Shown here piece by piece: positions 1 to 10,530 of a stretch of DNA of 64,000 nucleotides (its first letter is position 1; each line of letters begins with the position of its first letter). This DNA comes from Octopus sinensis. Lineage: Eukaryota. Location: NCBI RefSeq assembly GCF_006345805.1, contig NC_042998.1, positions 176,886,001 through 176,950,000 of the forward strand. The letters run 5' to 3'. The notes beneath the pieces are model-generated. The model was not told the origin of the DNA, ran no database searches, and saw only the letters and a program-made list of their open reading frames with translations. The position numbers were made by a program, and so were the translations under genes.

Positions 1-18
1 TTATATATATATATATAT

Positions 19-170
19 CACGGGAAGCTTTATGAAAATAGACAAAAGACGAAGGCAGGTGGGAAACAAACAAACAATTGTATTAGTATGGCGCTCAGGA
101 AATATAAATAAAACAAGTCTTTAACGTTTCGAGCCTACGCTCTTCAACAGAAAGATACACAGAGAGAATA
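19..170 (-). mobile_element. Short non-autonomous element with HHR-like motif (family P2), next to a (TA)n tract
   Basis: Homologous in inverted orientation to ~42160-42330 (shared caaaagacgaag..caggtg and gagcctacgctcttca.cagaaag). Confidence 0.55.
118..155 (-). ncRNA. Minimal type I hammerhead-like motif (core variant CUGUUGA)
   Basis: Minus strand UCUUU-CUGUUGA-A-GAGC(GUAG)GCUC-GAA-ACGU-U-AAAGA: 5-bp stem I, 4-bp stem II, palindromic ACGU stem III. Confidence 0.55.
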
Positions 171-182
171 TATGTATATATA

Positions 183-399
183 CGAGTGGGTGTTGAAAAG
201 TTCCTGACTTTGGGTAAAAGAAAATGCAGGAAGATCAGTTAATTATGATTTTATTCAACATATTCCCCTCTCAGATTCATACATTTATTGTAGCGGTCCT
301 TCAGTTTTTCTAAACCTTGTTTAAGAACTCGGAAGGATGGGCCGCCAACCAGGCCTTTCATGGCACCTTTAAAACCAGGAACTTTTCAGCATCCCCTTG
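183..399. mobile_element. Tc1/mariner-type MITE
   Basis: Imperfect ~25-bp TIRs (cgagtgggtgttgaaaagttcctg / ccaggaacttttcagcatccccttg), TA on both flanks, second copy at 21730-21947. Confidence 0.8.
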
Positions 400-610
400 T
401 ACACACACACACACACACCACACACACACACACACATACATACGTATATAAATGAAAAAAAAAGACGTATGGTAAATGAACAAACGACATAACATATACT
501 GAGTTTACAACCGGGCGCGGGACAAACTCAGAAAGTCCCTAATTCTTTATCAGTTATCAACCAATTGGTTATACTCAGTTTCACACCATACATACATGTA
601 TGTATGTATG

Positions 611-644
<34 letters not shown>

Positions 645-667
645 TGTATGTATGTATGTATGTATGT

Positions 668-918
668 GTGGAGGTGCGTGGCTCAGTGGTTAGGGTGTCA
701 GCATCATGATCGTAAGATTGTAGTTTCGATTCCTGAACCGGGCGACGCGTTGTGTTCTTGAGCAAAACACTTCATTTCACATTGCTCCAGTCTACTCAGC
801 TGGCAAAAATGAGTAACCCTGCGATAGACTGGCGTCCCGTCCAGCTGGGGAACGCACACGCCATTGAAACCGGGAAGCCGGACCCATGAGCCTGGCTAAG
901 CTTTAAAAGGGTGCATTT
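668..918 (+). mobile_element. tRNA-derived SINE inside a (TATG)n tract
   Basis: A-box-like tggctcagtgg and B-box-like gtttcgattcc; CORE-like gtgttcttgagcaaaacactt; head similar to the SINE at 34099. Confidence 0.75.
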
Positions 919-1164
919 ATTGTATGTATGTATGTATGTATGTATGTATGTCAGGTCACTTTCGAGTGCTACTGGTAACATGTAATCCAGTACAACCTGT
1001 TGCATGGTCGGGTCGTCGGCAACCCCACCAAGCTTGCTTGGTGAGGAGGTGTTTATTGGACACCCTGCGGGATGAAAGACAAAACCTGTCAAAGGGCGGA
1101 GGAACTCTTGAGAGTCAACGGCCATCCAATAAATGTGTAATTTTTGTTTCTTAAGGCTTAAGGC

Positions 1165-1605
1165 TGTATCATGCGCGGGGACATAGAAATAATCGGACTG
1201 AATACCCGATCGCGCAGTTAAACCATTGGGAGTGAAGGACTCCTAGCCTTTGTTAGGGCATCCTTCTAGGAGAAGGTAACACAGGTAACTGAGATAACTC
1301 AGGCATAAAACCTGCGGCTCAGTGGTTACCGATGATGTTAACTTGTTCTTCTTTTCGGATTAAAGCTGCTGTTGCTTAGTGAGTGGGATTGACTCAGTGC
1401 ACAGCCTTTCCTCACTTTAAAAAAATCTTCTTGCACAGGCATTGCACGATAACAACATTGTTCATGATTATTGATGGTGCTGTGAGTCTGAACTGAATGG
1501 CTGGCTGTAGCCTTAAAAAGCAAATAAAAGTCGCATTCGATCACAGCACCAGTAACAGCTAAGCTTCGTGCAATGGCCATACTCGATAACGAGGGGGCAG
1601 CCATA
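1165..1605 (+). mobile_element. Possible RTE-type retroposon 5' UTR fragment
   Basis: Motif gcctttgttagggcatccttctaggagaaggtaac resembles RTE 5' UTRs as I recall them (not searched); GC-richer than the flanks; no ORF. Confidence 0.3.
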
Positions 1606-1721
1606 ATGTATGTATGTATGTATGTATGTATGTATGTATGTATGTATGTATGTATGTATGTATGTATGTATGTATGTATGTATGTATGTGTATGTATGTA
1701 TGTATGTATGTATGTATGTAT

Positions 1722-1817
1722 GTCATTATTCAGTTTTCTTTCAAGATTTCTTGCTAATAGAAAACGAGACGGTTTCTAACCTAGATCCAAGGCTCCTTCA
1801 TTGGAGTTTCAACATCA
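1722..1817. repeat. ~100-bp interspersed element embedded in (TATG)n
   Basis: Near-identical core ggtttctaacctagatccaaggct also at ~31229-31330, again inside a TATG array. Confidence 0.6.
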
Positions 1818-2114
1818 TGTATGTGTGTGTGTATGTGTGTGTGTTTGTTGTTGCAAGAATATATATGCGCACGTATATTTATATATGTTAGCATGTATGT
1901 TAGCACAAAGCCTAGTTTGACATGTGACGAGAGTGGGCGTATCTAAGAAAGGAAGGCTTTAGAAGGCATCAGAAAAGCCACATAAAGGTAGTTATTAACT
2001 ATGCATTATATGCCACCACTACTTGCAGGAGGTATTAAAAAGGACATGCGTCAAGAGGCTGGGTGAAACGCAATTATGAATGTTTACCAAAGCAATATTG
2101 TAGCATCTACTGCA

Positions 2115-2204
2115 AGAGGCATCTATCACTGTCACACTTGTACAAAAGTGTGCAAGTCCCGAAAAGAACTGAAGAGCCATATTGTTCGTACCGTTCATAT
2201 GTAA
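2115..2204 (+). pseudogene. Isolated C2H2-type zinc finger, probably the decayed C-terminus of an RTE-type LINE ORF2
   Basis: Frame 2115-2204 reads RGIYHCHTCTKVCKSRKELKSHIVRTVHM* (C-x2-C-x12-H-x5-H); in-frame stop upstream at 2064. Confidence 0.4.
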
Positions 2205-2232
2205 GAGAACAACTGACTGAAAATCGAGTTGC

Positions 2233-2330
<98 letters not shown>

Positions 2331-2837
2331 TTCTTTCTTTCTCTCCCATTCCCTTTTTCGTCTTTTTTCCCTCATTTAACTTGTCTCTTCCTCTCTCTCT
2401 CCACCTCACCGTTCTTCATGGTCTCCTCGCACCATTCCCCTTCTTCTCTCTCTTCCTCTTGCTCCTCCTCCCCCATTCCCGTCGTCCATCTGCGACGATA
2501 CTTCCGTCGTAACTGCTATCCTGTCTTTTCTCGCCCGCCTTCTAAGGCTACTGGTCGACATTCTTTCTCTCTCGTCGTCCACTATAATCCAGCGTTTGCA
2601 ATACTTTTTTCGTCTGGCGTTAACAGCCCTTCTTATCTTGTTCTCCTTGTCTTGTCTCTCACTGTTATATATTTATTTTCCCACTGTTTATATATATATA
2701 TTTTACTGTTTATTTGTTTGTACTGTCGTTACCGTCTTGCTTTTTTTTTTACCCTTCTGCGAAAAGATCTCAGAATTTTAATTGATTTGCTTTTCGCAGG
2801 AAGGAAGTTTTCTTCGAAGTATACGTCTCGCTTTTAT

Positions 2838-2883
2838 CCTTCGAAACGTTTAGTAGATGAAACCTTAGCGACTGAAGAAGGGG
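2838..2883 (+). ncRNA. Degenerate type II-order hammerhead-like motif
   Basis: CCUUC-GAA-ACGU-U-(UAGUAG..UUAGCGA)-CUGAAGA-A-GGGG; stem I is imperfect. Confidence 0.35.
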
Positions 2884-3077
2884 ATTTTTCGTTGTGCTTA
2901 TTGTCCTGTATCTCTCTTTTTTTGCTTGTCTTGTTCCTTGGTTTGTGTCTATATTTTTCGTCTCTCTATGTGTTCGACGTCTTTTTGGTGTCCTGTACAC
3001 ATATATGCGTGTATATGTACATGTAGAGGTAGGTACGTACATATATGTTTATATATATGCATATGTTCTATTTTATT

Positions 3078-3131
<54 letters not shown>

Positions 3132-3309
3132 GTACGTTTAAATATTTGTTGTGCAAGATTTTTTTATGTGAAGCCGTGTGTTGAAACAGATATTGTTATA
3201 TTCGGAATGGTCATATTGCCAGTTTAGCCAATAAAAACACACGCACTATATATTTGGTGTTATTTTGCTTCAGTGATATTATTTTTTACATTAATCTTAA
3301 TCTTATTTC

Positions 3310-3354
3310 GGCCAGAGTTCTTTCGTCACACTCCTGTGACCGCATCAGTGGTCC
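3310..3354 (-). ncRNA. Degenerate minimal hammerhead-like motif (family P3)
   Basis: Minus strand GGACCA-CUGAUGC-G-GUCAC(AGGAGU)GUGAC-GAA-AGAACU-C-UGGCC; related motif at 26049-26093. Confidence 0.45.
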
Positions 3355-3604
3355 TTTGTTTTCTTCTTTCGTATTGTGTCTCTCCTTACTAACCGTCATA
3401 TATATATATATGCATATACGAGATGACAAAGGAATAACTGTTTAATCTTATGAACTGCATTAGCTTACAGCAGTTTCTGCTATGGGTTGCAGCAGCATCT
3501 TAGTAGTGTACCTAAGAATAACACCTTATAGATTCATCGGACCCTCAAATATGGAGTGCAATTTATGTGGTGGAAAATTACACACACACACACACATACG
3601 TATG

Positions 3605-3648
<44 letters not shown>

Positions 3649-3838
3649 CCACAATCCACTGCATCTTTAGCAAAAACAGCTGGAAGCTAATGTAGTTCTT
3701 AAGATAACCATTTATTCCTTTGTCATCTCATTATTTTTATAACCTGTCTATACGCGTCTAACCCATCGTTCTGAAGCATATGTATCTTGACACCAGGTTG
3801 ATAGTCTCGCAATGCTTAAACGAAATATTAAAGCAATA

Positions 3839-3892
<54 letters not shown>

Positions 3893-3901
3893 ATATATAT
3901 A

Positions 3902-4294
3902 CTAGTAGTATCGCCCGGCGTTGCTCGGGTTTGTAAGGGAAATAACTATATAAGCATTTTTAGAGAGTTATAGCCAAAAAATAGCAAAGAAATGCATTAA
4001 TAATGGAAAAAAAAATATGGTAAATTTTTTTTAAATCGTTGACTCATCGTAGACATTTTTAGAGAGTTACTTCCCTTATATAATAGCGGAAAAATGCATT
4101 AAAATGGAAAAAATGATGGTAATTTTTTTTTTAAATCGTAGACTCATCGTAGACGCGCGCTAATACCCAGAAGGGCTCGATATGAATCCCGACTATAAGA
4201 TACCCGGTGTTGGTTAAACAGCACCGCAAAATGTGGGAGTAAGAAATCTAAATCGTAGGAGACTGACACATAACTTCACTTTTATATATAAAGA
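3902..4294 (-). mobile_element. Non-autonomous Helitron
   Basis: Minus strand starts A^TC (4294) and ends CTAG^T (3902); subterminal hairpin cccg..cggg at 3914-3929; internal ~99-bp duplication; relatives at 49943 and 60772. Confidence 0.8.
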
Positions 4295-4329
4295 TATATA
4301 TATATATATAGAGAGAGAGGGAGGGAGAT

Positions 4330-4560
4330 ACACATTTACCGATACGGTTGCACATAGGATAAATGTGTTTTAAAGTTGTGGTTTCTGTGGTTTGTTTGTT
4401 TGTTCTCAAACAACACTTATTTCAGTGCTGTTGACACCGCCGGATTGAATGGTACTGCCCAGGTGTCGAAACCATATTGATATCCAAGGGGCAGCTGATG
4501 ATGGAGGTATGTCGGATTGTTGGTATGGCTGTAGAATAGTATTATAACACATCCTTTTGA
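4330..4560 (+). mobile_element. Short interspersed element with a permuted hammerhead-like core (copy 1)
   Basis: Homologous in inverted orientation to ~48654-48870; flanked by TA-rich tracts. Confidence 0.6.
4433..4503 (+). ncRNA. Candidate pseudoknotted, strand-permuted hammerhead-like RNA
   Basis: GACACC..AUGGU-A-CUGCCC-A-GGUGUC-GAA-ACCAU..GGGCAG-CUGAUGA: three mutually crossing stems, with HHR core nucleotides at each junction. Confidence 0.4.
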
Positions 4561-4820
4561 TATATATAAACATGCACACACACACACGCACACACACATA
4601 CACACATGCATATGTATATTTATATATACAATTGAAGAATAGGATAAAATCTTTATAAGAATTTATCAAGTAGTTAGCATGAAAAACCTCATAAGAGAAA
4701 AATCCATAAATTATTCCTCTTAAATATATTTATATTAAGGGCATTACTATACATAAATGCCTCACGCTAGGAGGGATTCCTAAAGTCAAAACTACCATAA
4801 TAAATATATATATATGTATG

Positions 4821-4879
<59 letters not shown>

Positions 4880-4890
<11 letters not shown>

Positions 4891-5935
4891 TGCAGGAGAA
4901 TTCGAGGGCAGGATGGAAAGATTTAACAAAAGAGAAAAAAAGAGTCTAGTTGTTTACGGAAGGGCGAAGTCGCACCGATACAGTCGTCAATATAATGACC
5001 CGTATAGTTCGGAAGTGGGGCCAGTGAATCTTGAGGCTGTTTGGGCCTCAACGTAGCTAACGAACAGGTTCGCATAGTTGGGACCCATTCTCATTTCCAT
5101 GGCCACTCCTGAGACATGTTGGTAAAAATCACCCATGAACGAGAAGCATTTAAGGGAGAGAAGTTCGGCCAGATGAAGAAGTGTGGATGTATCAGATTGG
5201 GGGGTTAGGTGGAAGGTCAAGGTAGTGTTTGAGGGCAAGAAGCCCCTCGTGGTGTGGGATCACCGTGTAAAGGCTCTTGATGTCAAAAGTGAAGAGAAGT
5301 TTATAGAGGGGCCAGGAGGGAAGGAGAAAGAATTGAACAGACGCAGAGCATAGCTAGTGTCATGGATGTGAGAGGGGAGGGAAGCCACTAGTGGGGCAAG
5401 GACACGGTCAAGATATCTGGAGATGAGTTCCGTGGGGCAGTTGCAGACGGTGTCGATGGGGCGGCCAGGGTTGTTAGGTTTGTGGATTTGGGGGAGGAAG
5501 TAAATAGTGGGGGTGTGAGGGGTGCGGACAATGAGGTTGGAGGCGGTGGGGGAGATGGGAGAAGGAGATGAGGTCATGGATAGTGGAGGACACCGTCTGC
5601 TGGTAGCTAGGCGTTAGGTTGGAGGGCAGAGGGCAGTAGACGAAGGTGTCTTGAAGTCGGCGGAGAGCTTCGGCCTTGTAGAGGTCCGCGTGCCACACCA
5701 CTACGGCTCCACCCTTGTCAGTCGGTTTTATGGTGATGTCTTTGCGGCGTCGGAGACATCGATGAGCTGAGAGTTTGGCTGGGGGCTCCACCCTTGTCAG
5801 TCGGTTTTATGGTGATGTCTTTGCGGCGTCGGAGACATCGAAGAGCCGAGAGTTTGGCTGGGGAGAGATCTCAGATGTCGGAGACGCCTGGAAAAGTCAA
5901 ACTGGTCCACAGCGCGCTGGCAGACGGTACTTTAG
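4880..5935 (-). pseudogene. Penelope-like element reverse transcriptase, frameshifted and truncated
   Basis: Segments IKPTDKGGAVVVW, YFLPQIHKPNNPGRPI, FSFMGDFYQHVSGVAMEMRMGPNYANLF; YIDD at 4994-4983; then FHPALEF. Confidence 0.9.
5706..5863. repeat. 79-bp tandem duplication within the Penelope fragment
   Basis: 5706-5784 is repeated at 5785-5863 with few mismatches. Confidence 0.9.
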
Positions 5936-6499
5936 GCAACACATTACTTTTTTAACCCTTTGTGTTTTCTCTGACCGTGTTTTTTTCATTCCTTGTTCTC
6001 TTTTTCTCTTTTAGATGAATGATATTAACCCAAAACTTTAAAACCATTTCTATTCTATTTAGACATCAAACTAGTATTTTTCATAAGGTATTTTGTTTTC
6101 ACTGTGTTGTTGCTATTTTAAATTTTTTCTTGACGTTCCATCTTAAAAACACGTGCACACAGGCTCATGCGCATTGATACACACACGCATATAAAGGAAA
6201 GGAAAACAATAATAATAAATGATTAAATAAAAGCAGAAAAACTGAGATGACAGAAGTAGACATAATCAACAGTAACAATATTGATTATGGTGTTTCGCGC
6301 TTGCCTTTTTTTGCAGAGAAGTCACAGATCAGAGAAATTAAAACACGATTCTTCAGAATTGGATGAAACGTGCTGATTCAGACCAAAAGTTTCCCGAGAT
6401 TGCTTGCAATTGCAGGCGATTGGTCAGGTGGTTTCTTCAAATGCGGTATTTTGATAACTATTAAAGAACTTCTAATTACATTCTATAAATCATTGATTC

Positions 6500-6680
6500 T
6501 GTTCTGCCTACATACATACATACATACATACATACACATACACATATACAGTCGTACACACACACACACAAACACATGTAAATATGTATGTCCGTATTCA
6601 TGTGTACATACAAAAAATATACTTATATATATATATATATAATATATATATATATTATATATATATACATACATATATAT

Positions 6681-6712
<32 letters not shown>

Positions 6713-6717
6713 CATAT

Positions 6718-6795
<78 letters not shown>

Positions 6796-6814
6796 CATAT
6801 TTACATACATGCAT

Positions 6815-6847
<33 letters not shown>

Positions 6848-6862
6848 CATATATACATATAT

Positions 6863-6931
<69 letters not shown>

Positions 6932-6950
6932 TATATATGTATATACACAT
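6500..6950. repeat. Compound (CATA)/(CA)/(TA) microsatellite
   Basis: Seen directly in the sequence. Confidence 0.95.
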
Positions 6951-7709
6951 GTCTGAATGTGTACATTGGCACATACAAACATGCACCCATGTATACATAT
7001 ATACCGTCTGTTTGTGTGTGATGGTGTGTATTTTTGTGTGTGTGTGTTAGTTAGTGTGTGTGTGTGCCTGTGTGTCTGTGTGTGTATACCAATATGTACA
7101 TGTAGCAATTGTATTGAATGATAAATGTTCATTATTGCACGATTTCTGTTTCAAACTTAAGAGAAACGTTACTAAAAAAAAAAACAAAAAAAAAAACTCA
7201 AATGTCCCATTATCCCACAACTACTGCTAGCATTAATATGGCGAATGTCATCTGCTCTGACGTCTAAATTGTTAATTTAAATACAAGTTTGTACGTGACT
7301 TTTTAAAACTTATAGGAACTTATGAGCAGTACTTGAGAGAAGTTGATATGGTCTTACGGCATGGATAGTATAGCGATGAATAGTTTTCTGCAGAGAGAGG
7401 TTTTCTTCAAAGAAGGATTAGAGACTGAGTCATACAGTCTCTTATTGTTCCCTTTCTTGTAAGTCAATTAACGAACAACCACAAGAATCATGTGATCTAT
7501 GGTCTGTCATTGAAAAAATTTTCTACAAATTTGGCAAGAAGTGTAATATTTTATCCAGATTTTTTCCAGTGTTTATGAACGCCGTCTACCAAATTCACTC
7601 ACAAGACATTGACCGGCCTGGGGCCATAGTAGAAGATACTTGCTAAAAGTGTTGGGTGAAATGGGACTGAACTTAAAACTACATGACTGCAAACCAGTCT
7701 TCTTAACTA

Positions 7710-8123
7710 GGCGCAGGAGTGGCTGTGTGGTAAGTAGCTTGTTTACCAACCACATGGTTCTGGGTTCAGTCCCACTGCGTGGCACCTTGGGCAAGTGTCT
7801 TCTACTATAGCCTCGGGCCGACCAAAGCCTTGTGAGTGGATTTGGTAGACGGAAACTGAAAGAAGCCCGTCGTATATATGTATATATATGTGTGTGTGTG
7901 TGTGTTTGTGTGTCTGTGTTTGTCCCCATAGCATTGCTTGACAACCGATGCTGGTGTGTTTATGTTCCCGTCACTTAGCGGTTCGGCAAAAGAGACCGAT
8001 AGAATAAGTACTGGGCTTACAAAAGAATAAGTCCCAGGGTCGAGTTGCTCAATTAAAGGCGGTGCTCCAGCATGGCCGCAGTCAAATGACTGAAACAAGT
8101 AAAAGAGTAAAAGAGTAAAGAGC
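7710..8123 (+). mobile_element. tRNA-derived CORE-type SINE, full length (family A)
   Basis: Head ggcgcaggagtggctgtgtgg; CORE-like gcaccttgggcaagtgtctt; internal TA/TG tract; (gtaaaaga)n tail; tcttaact on both flanks. An older opposite-strand fragment lies at 7582-7708. Confidence 0.9.
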
Positions 8124-8724
8124 TCTTAACTTTTCTTTTATTATCTTCCCTTTTCTTTGGAAGTCGCTAACGATTACATTCAACTAAAAGAGAAACTTCA
8201 ATAAACTTTATTTATTTACCCAATGCACGGGCATTCAGTGCATCACTTTCAGTTTGAATATCTGTAGATGGCTGCGGTCCGTGTGAGTTCCAGAAAGTTG
8301 CTTGCTGGGATTGAAAGTTTATGTAAAGTATCTTGTTAGGATACTTTCTATGATGATGTGAAAAAATAATGGTTGTTTTAGGATTCTTGTGACACAGAAG
8401 TGAAAGCTTCTTAGGTGGTCCTAGATGAGATAGTAAACAACTTGCTACTTCAGAGAACAGAAACCGTATAATAACGATAGAGGAAACCAAAAGTTTATTG
8501 CGTATAAGAGTACAAATGGTTTTAGTGAGAGTAAACCTTGCTTGTCAGTCAATCTATCCGATGGACCATTTCTGAAAACAACCTAGAAGTTGTGCTTCGA
8601 GTTGAAGAGATTACAGCTCCTGAAAGAGACTCCTAGTTTTTGAGAGGCAGGTCTGACAATGTCATAGGTATGTATTCGCTCTGGATGATTGTGAGGTGAA
8701 GTACCGGTACAACACCTACTTTTC

Positions 8725-8765
8725 AAACACTGATGATCCGGAACCACTTATAATCCGAACTGTTT
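8725..8765 (+). ncRNA. Hammerhead-like relic lacking stem III
   Basis: AAACA-CUGAUGA-UCC-GGA(11 nt)UCC-GAA-C-UGUUU. Confidence 0.3.
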
Positions 8766-8894
8766 TACGAGCAGGAACTTCAAATTCTGGCGGCCGTCAG
8801 ACCAGTTTACGGATACCTTGTTTTAAAATAAACTTGTATCATTTATACTAAATATAATTATTAACGACAGCAGTTGTATAAATACCAAACGGCA

Positions 8895-9350
8895 ACTTTT
8901 ATATTCAACTTAACGCGGATATATTGTTATTTACCTTGAGATGATCTCTCAAGTGGACGAATGGTAATAAAAGCATTCATATTTATATCGCTGGCAGACG
9001 AGAATCGTCTGTTCGACGTACCCCGTCTCCTCCGTGCCAGATATTTGGTTGCCGCATACCAGTGAAATCTCACTGTCAGCGATATATTGAATTTCAGTGA
9101 CACTGATGTCGCAAATAGCTAGAAGGCGTATTGAAAAATAATTATTAGCGACAGAAGTATTGACATCAAAAGAAAATCTTTATATTCAACTTAACGCAGA
9201 CGTATTGTTAAAGAACGGAATATTGCGTTATAACCTTGAGAGGACCTCCCAAATGGACGCATGGGTCATAAAAAGTCACATATTTATATCGCTGCCAGAT
9301 GAAAATCATCTTCTACGGGTGCCAGAACTCGACTGCAAGCGATATTAATA
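8895..9350. repeat. Diverged direct duplication (~8895-9075 vs ~9177-9350)
   Basis: Shared tttatattcaacttaacgc, accttgaga and catatttatatcgctg blocks. Confidence 0.7.
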
Positions 9351-9996
9351 TGTGCTTTATGTACCGTGCGTCTATTTGAGAGATCTTTTTAAGGCAATTA
9401 ACGCAGTATTCGGCCCTTTAACAATACGCTTACGTTAAGTTGGATGTACTTCGCTCATTTAAGTAAATTTAATATTTGTTTGATTTAGAATGTGACCATC
9501 CATGGTTTGGAAAAATCAGCAATGCGGAAGGGCTTCGGAAAAATCGATGTTGTACCTGTTCTTTGTAAAACTTGTGAAGGCTTAAGCTATGAGTTGATCA
9601 TAAGCAGTGAGGGTGAAATGATCTAAAGTTTATTTTCTTGGGATGTTCAGTGGTGCGGTTGATGAAGAGCAGATGAACATATCTCCACCGAAGGATGTTA
9701 TGAAGATCTTTGCTCATAGAAGTGTACGGTGATGTGTCGATTGCATCTAAATGATGATTATCAGCGAAAAGTTATGGAAGAATCGAAAGATTGTATAAGA
9801 GATGTAGAAAGGTATACTAAGGATGACAGCATTGGTCACATGGTTAATAGTTTTAAATACGTCAGAAAAAAAATCGGTTTAGTGCTAAGGGTTATCAGCG
9901 AATGATTGGCGGAGTTTTGACCAATTAGTAGAACAGATCGATCAAGATGGAGAGGTTACTGTATGATCACTTAATATGGTGAAGATAGACTTGATA

Positions 9997-10411
9997 TATT
10001 TCTTTATTACCCACAAGGGGCTAAACATAGAGGGGACAAACAAGGACAGACAAAGGGATTAAGTCGATTACATCGACCCCAGTGCGAAACTGGTGCTTTA
10101 TTTATCGACCGCGAAAGGATGAAAGGTAAAGTCGACCTCGGCAGAATTTGAACTCAGAACGTAACGACAGACGAAATACCTATTTCTTTACTACCCACAA
10201 GGGGCTAAACACAGAGAGGACAAACAAGGACAGACAAAGGGATTAAGTCGATTATATCGACCCCAGTGCGTAACTGGTACTTAATTTATCGACCCCGAAA
10301 AGATGAAAAGCAAAGTCGACCTCGGCGGAATTTGAACTCAGAACGTAGCGGCAGACGAAATACCGCTAAGCATTTCGCCCGGCTTGCTAGCGTTGCTGCC
10401 AGCTCGCCGCC
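9997..10411 (-). mobile_element. tRNA-derived SINE (family B), full copy plus head-to-tail partial copy
   Basis: Head ggcggcgagctggcag at the 10411 end; body duplicated (~9997-10180 and 10181-10411); 20-bp TSD at 9977-9996 and 10425-10444. Confidence 0.9.
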
Positions 10412-10530
10412 TTGAAGATAGACTTGGTGAAGATAGACTTGATAAGGTAATGAAAGAATGCTCCTGGTATAGCTACATTAACAGCACCATATATACATTT
10501 TAAAGGAATGTTTACATGGTTACTCTACAT

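Noticed and set aside
1165-1330. HDV-like ribozyme in the putative RTE 5' UTR
   Set aside because: Could not place P1, P3/L3 and the P1.1 GG in the required order.
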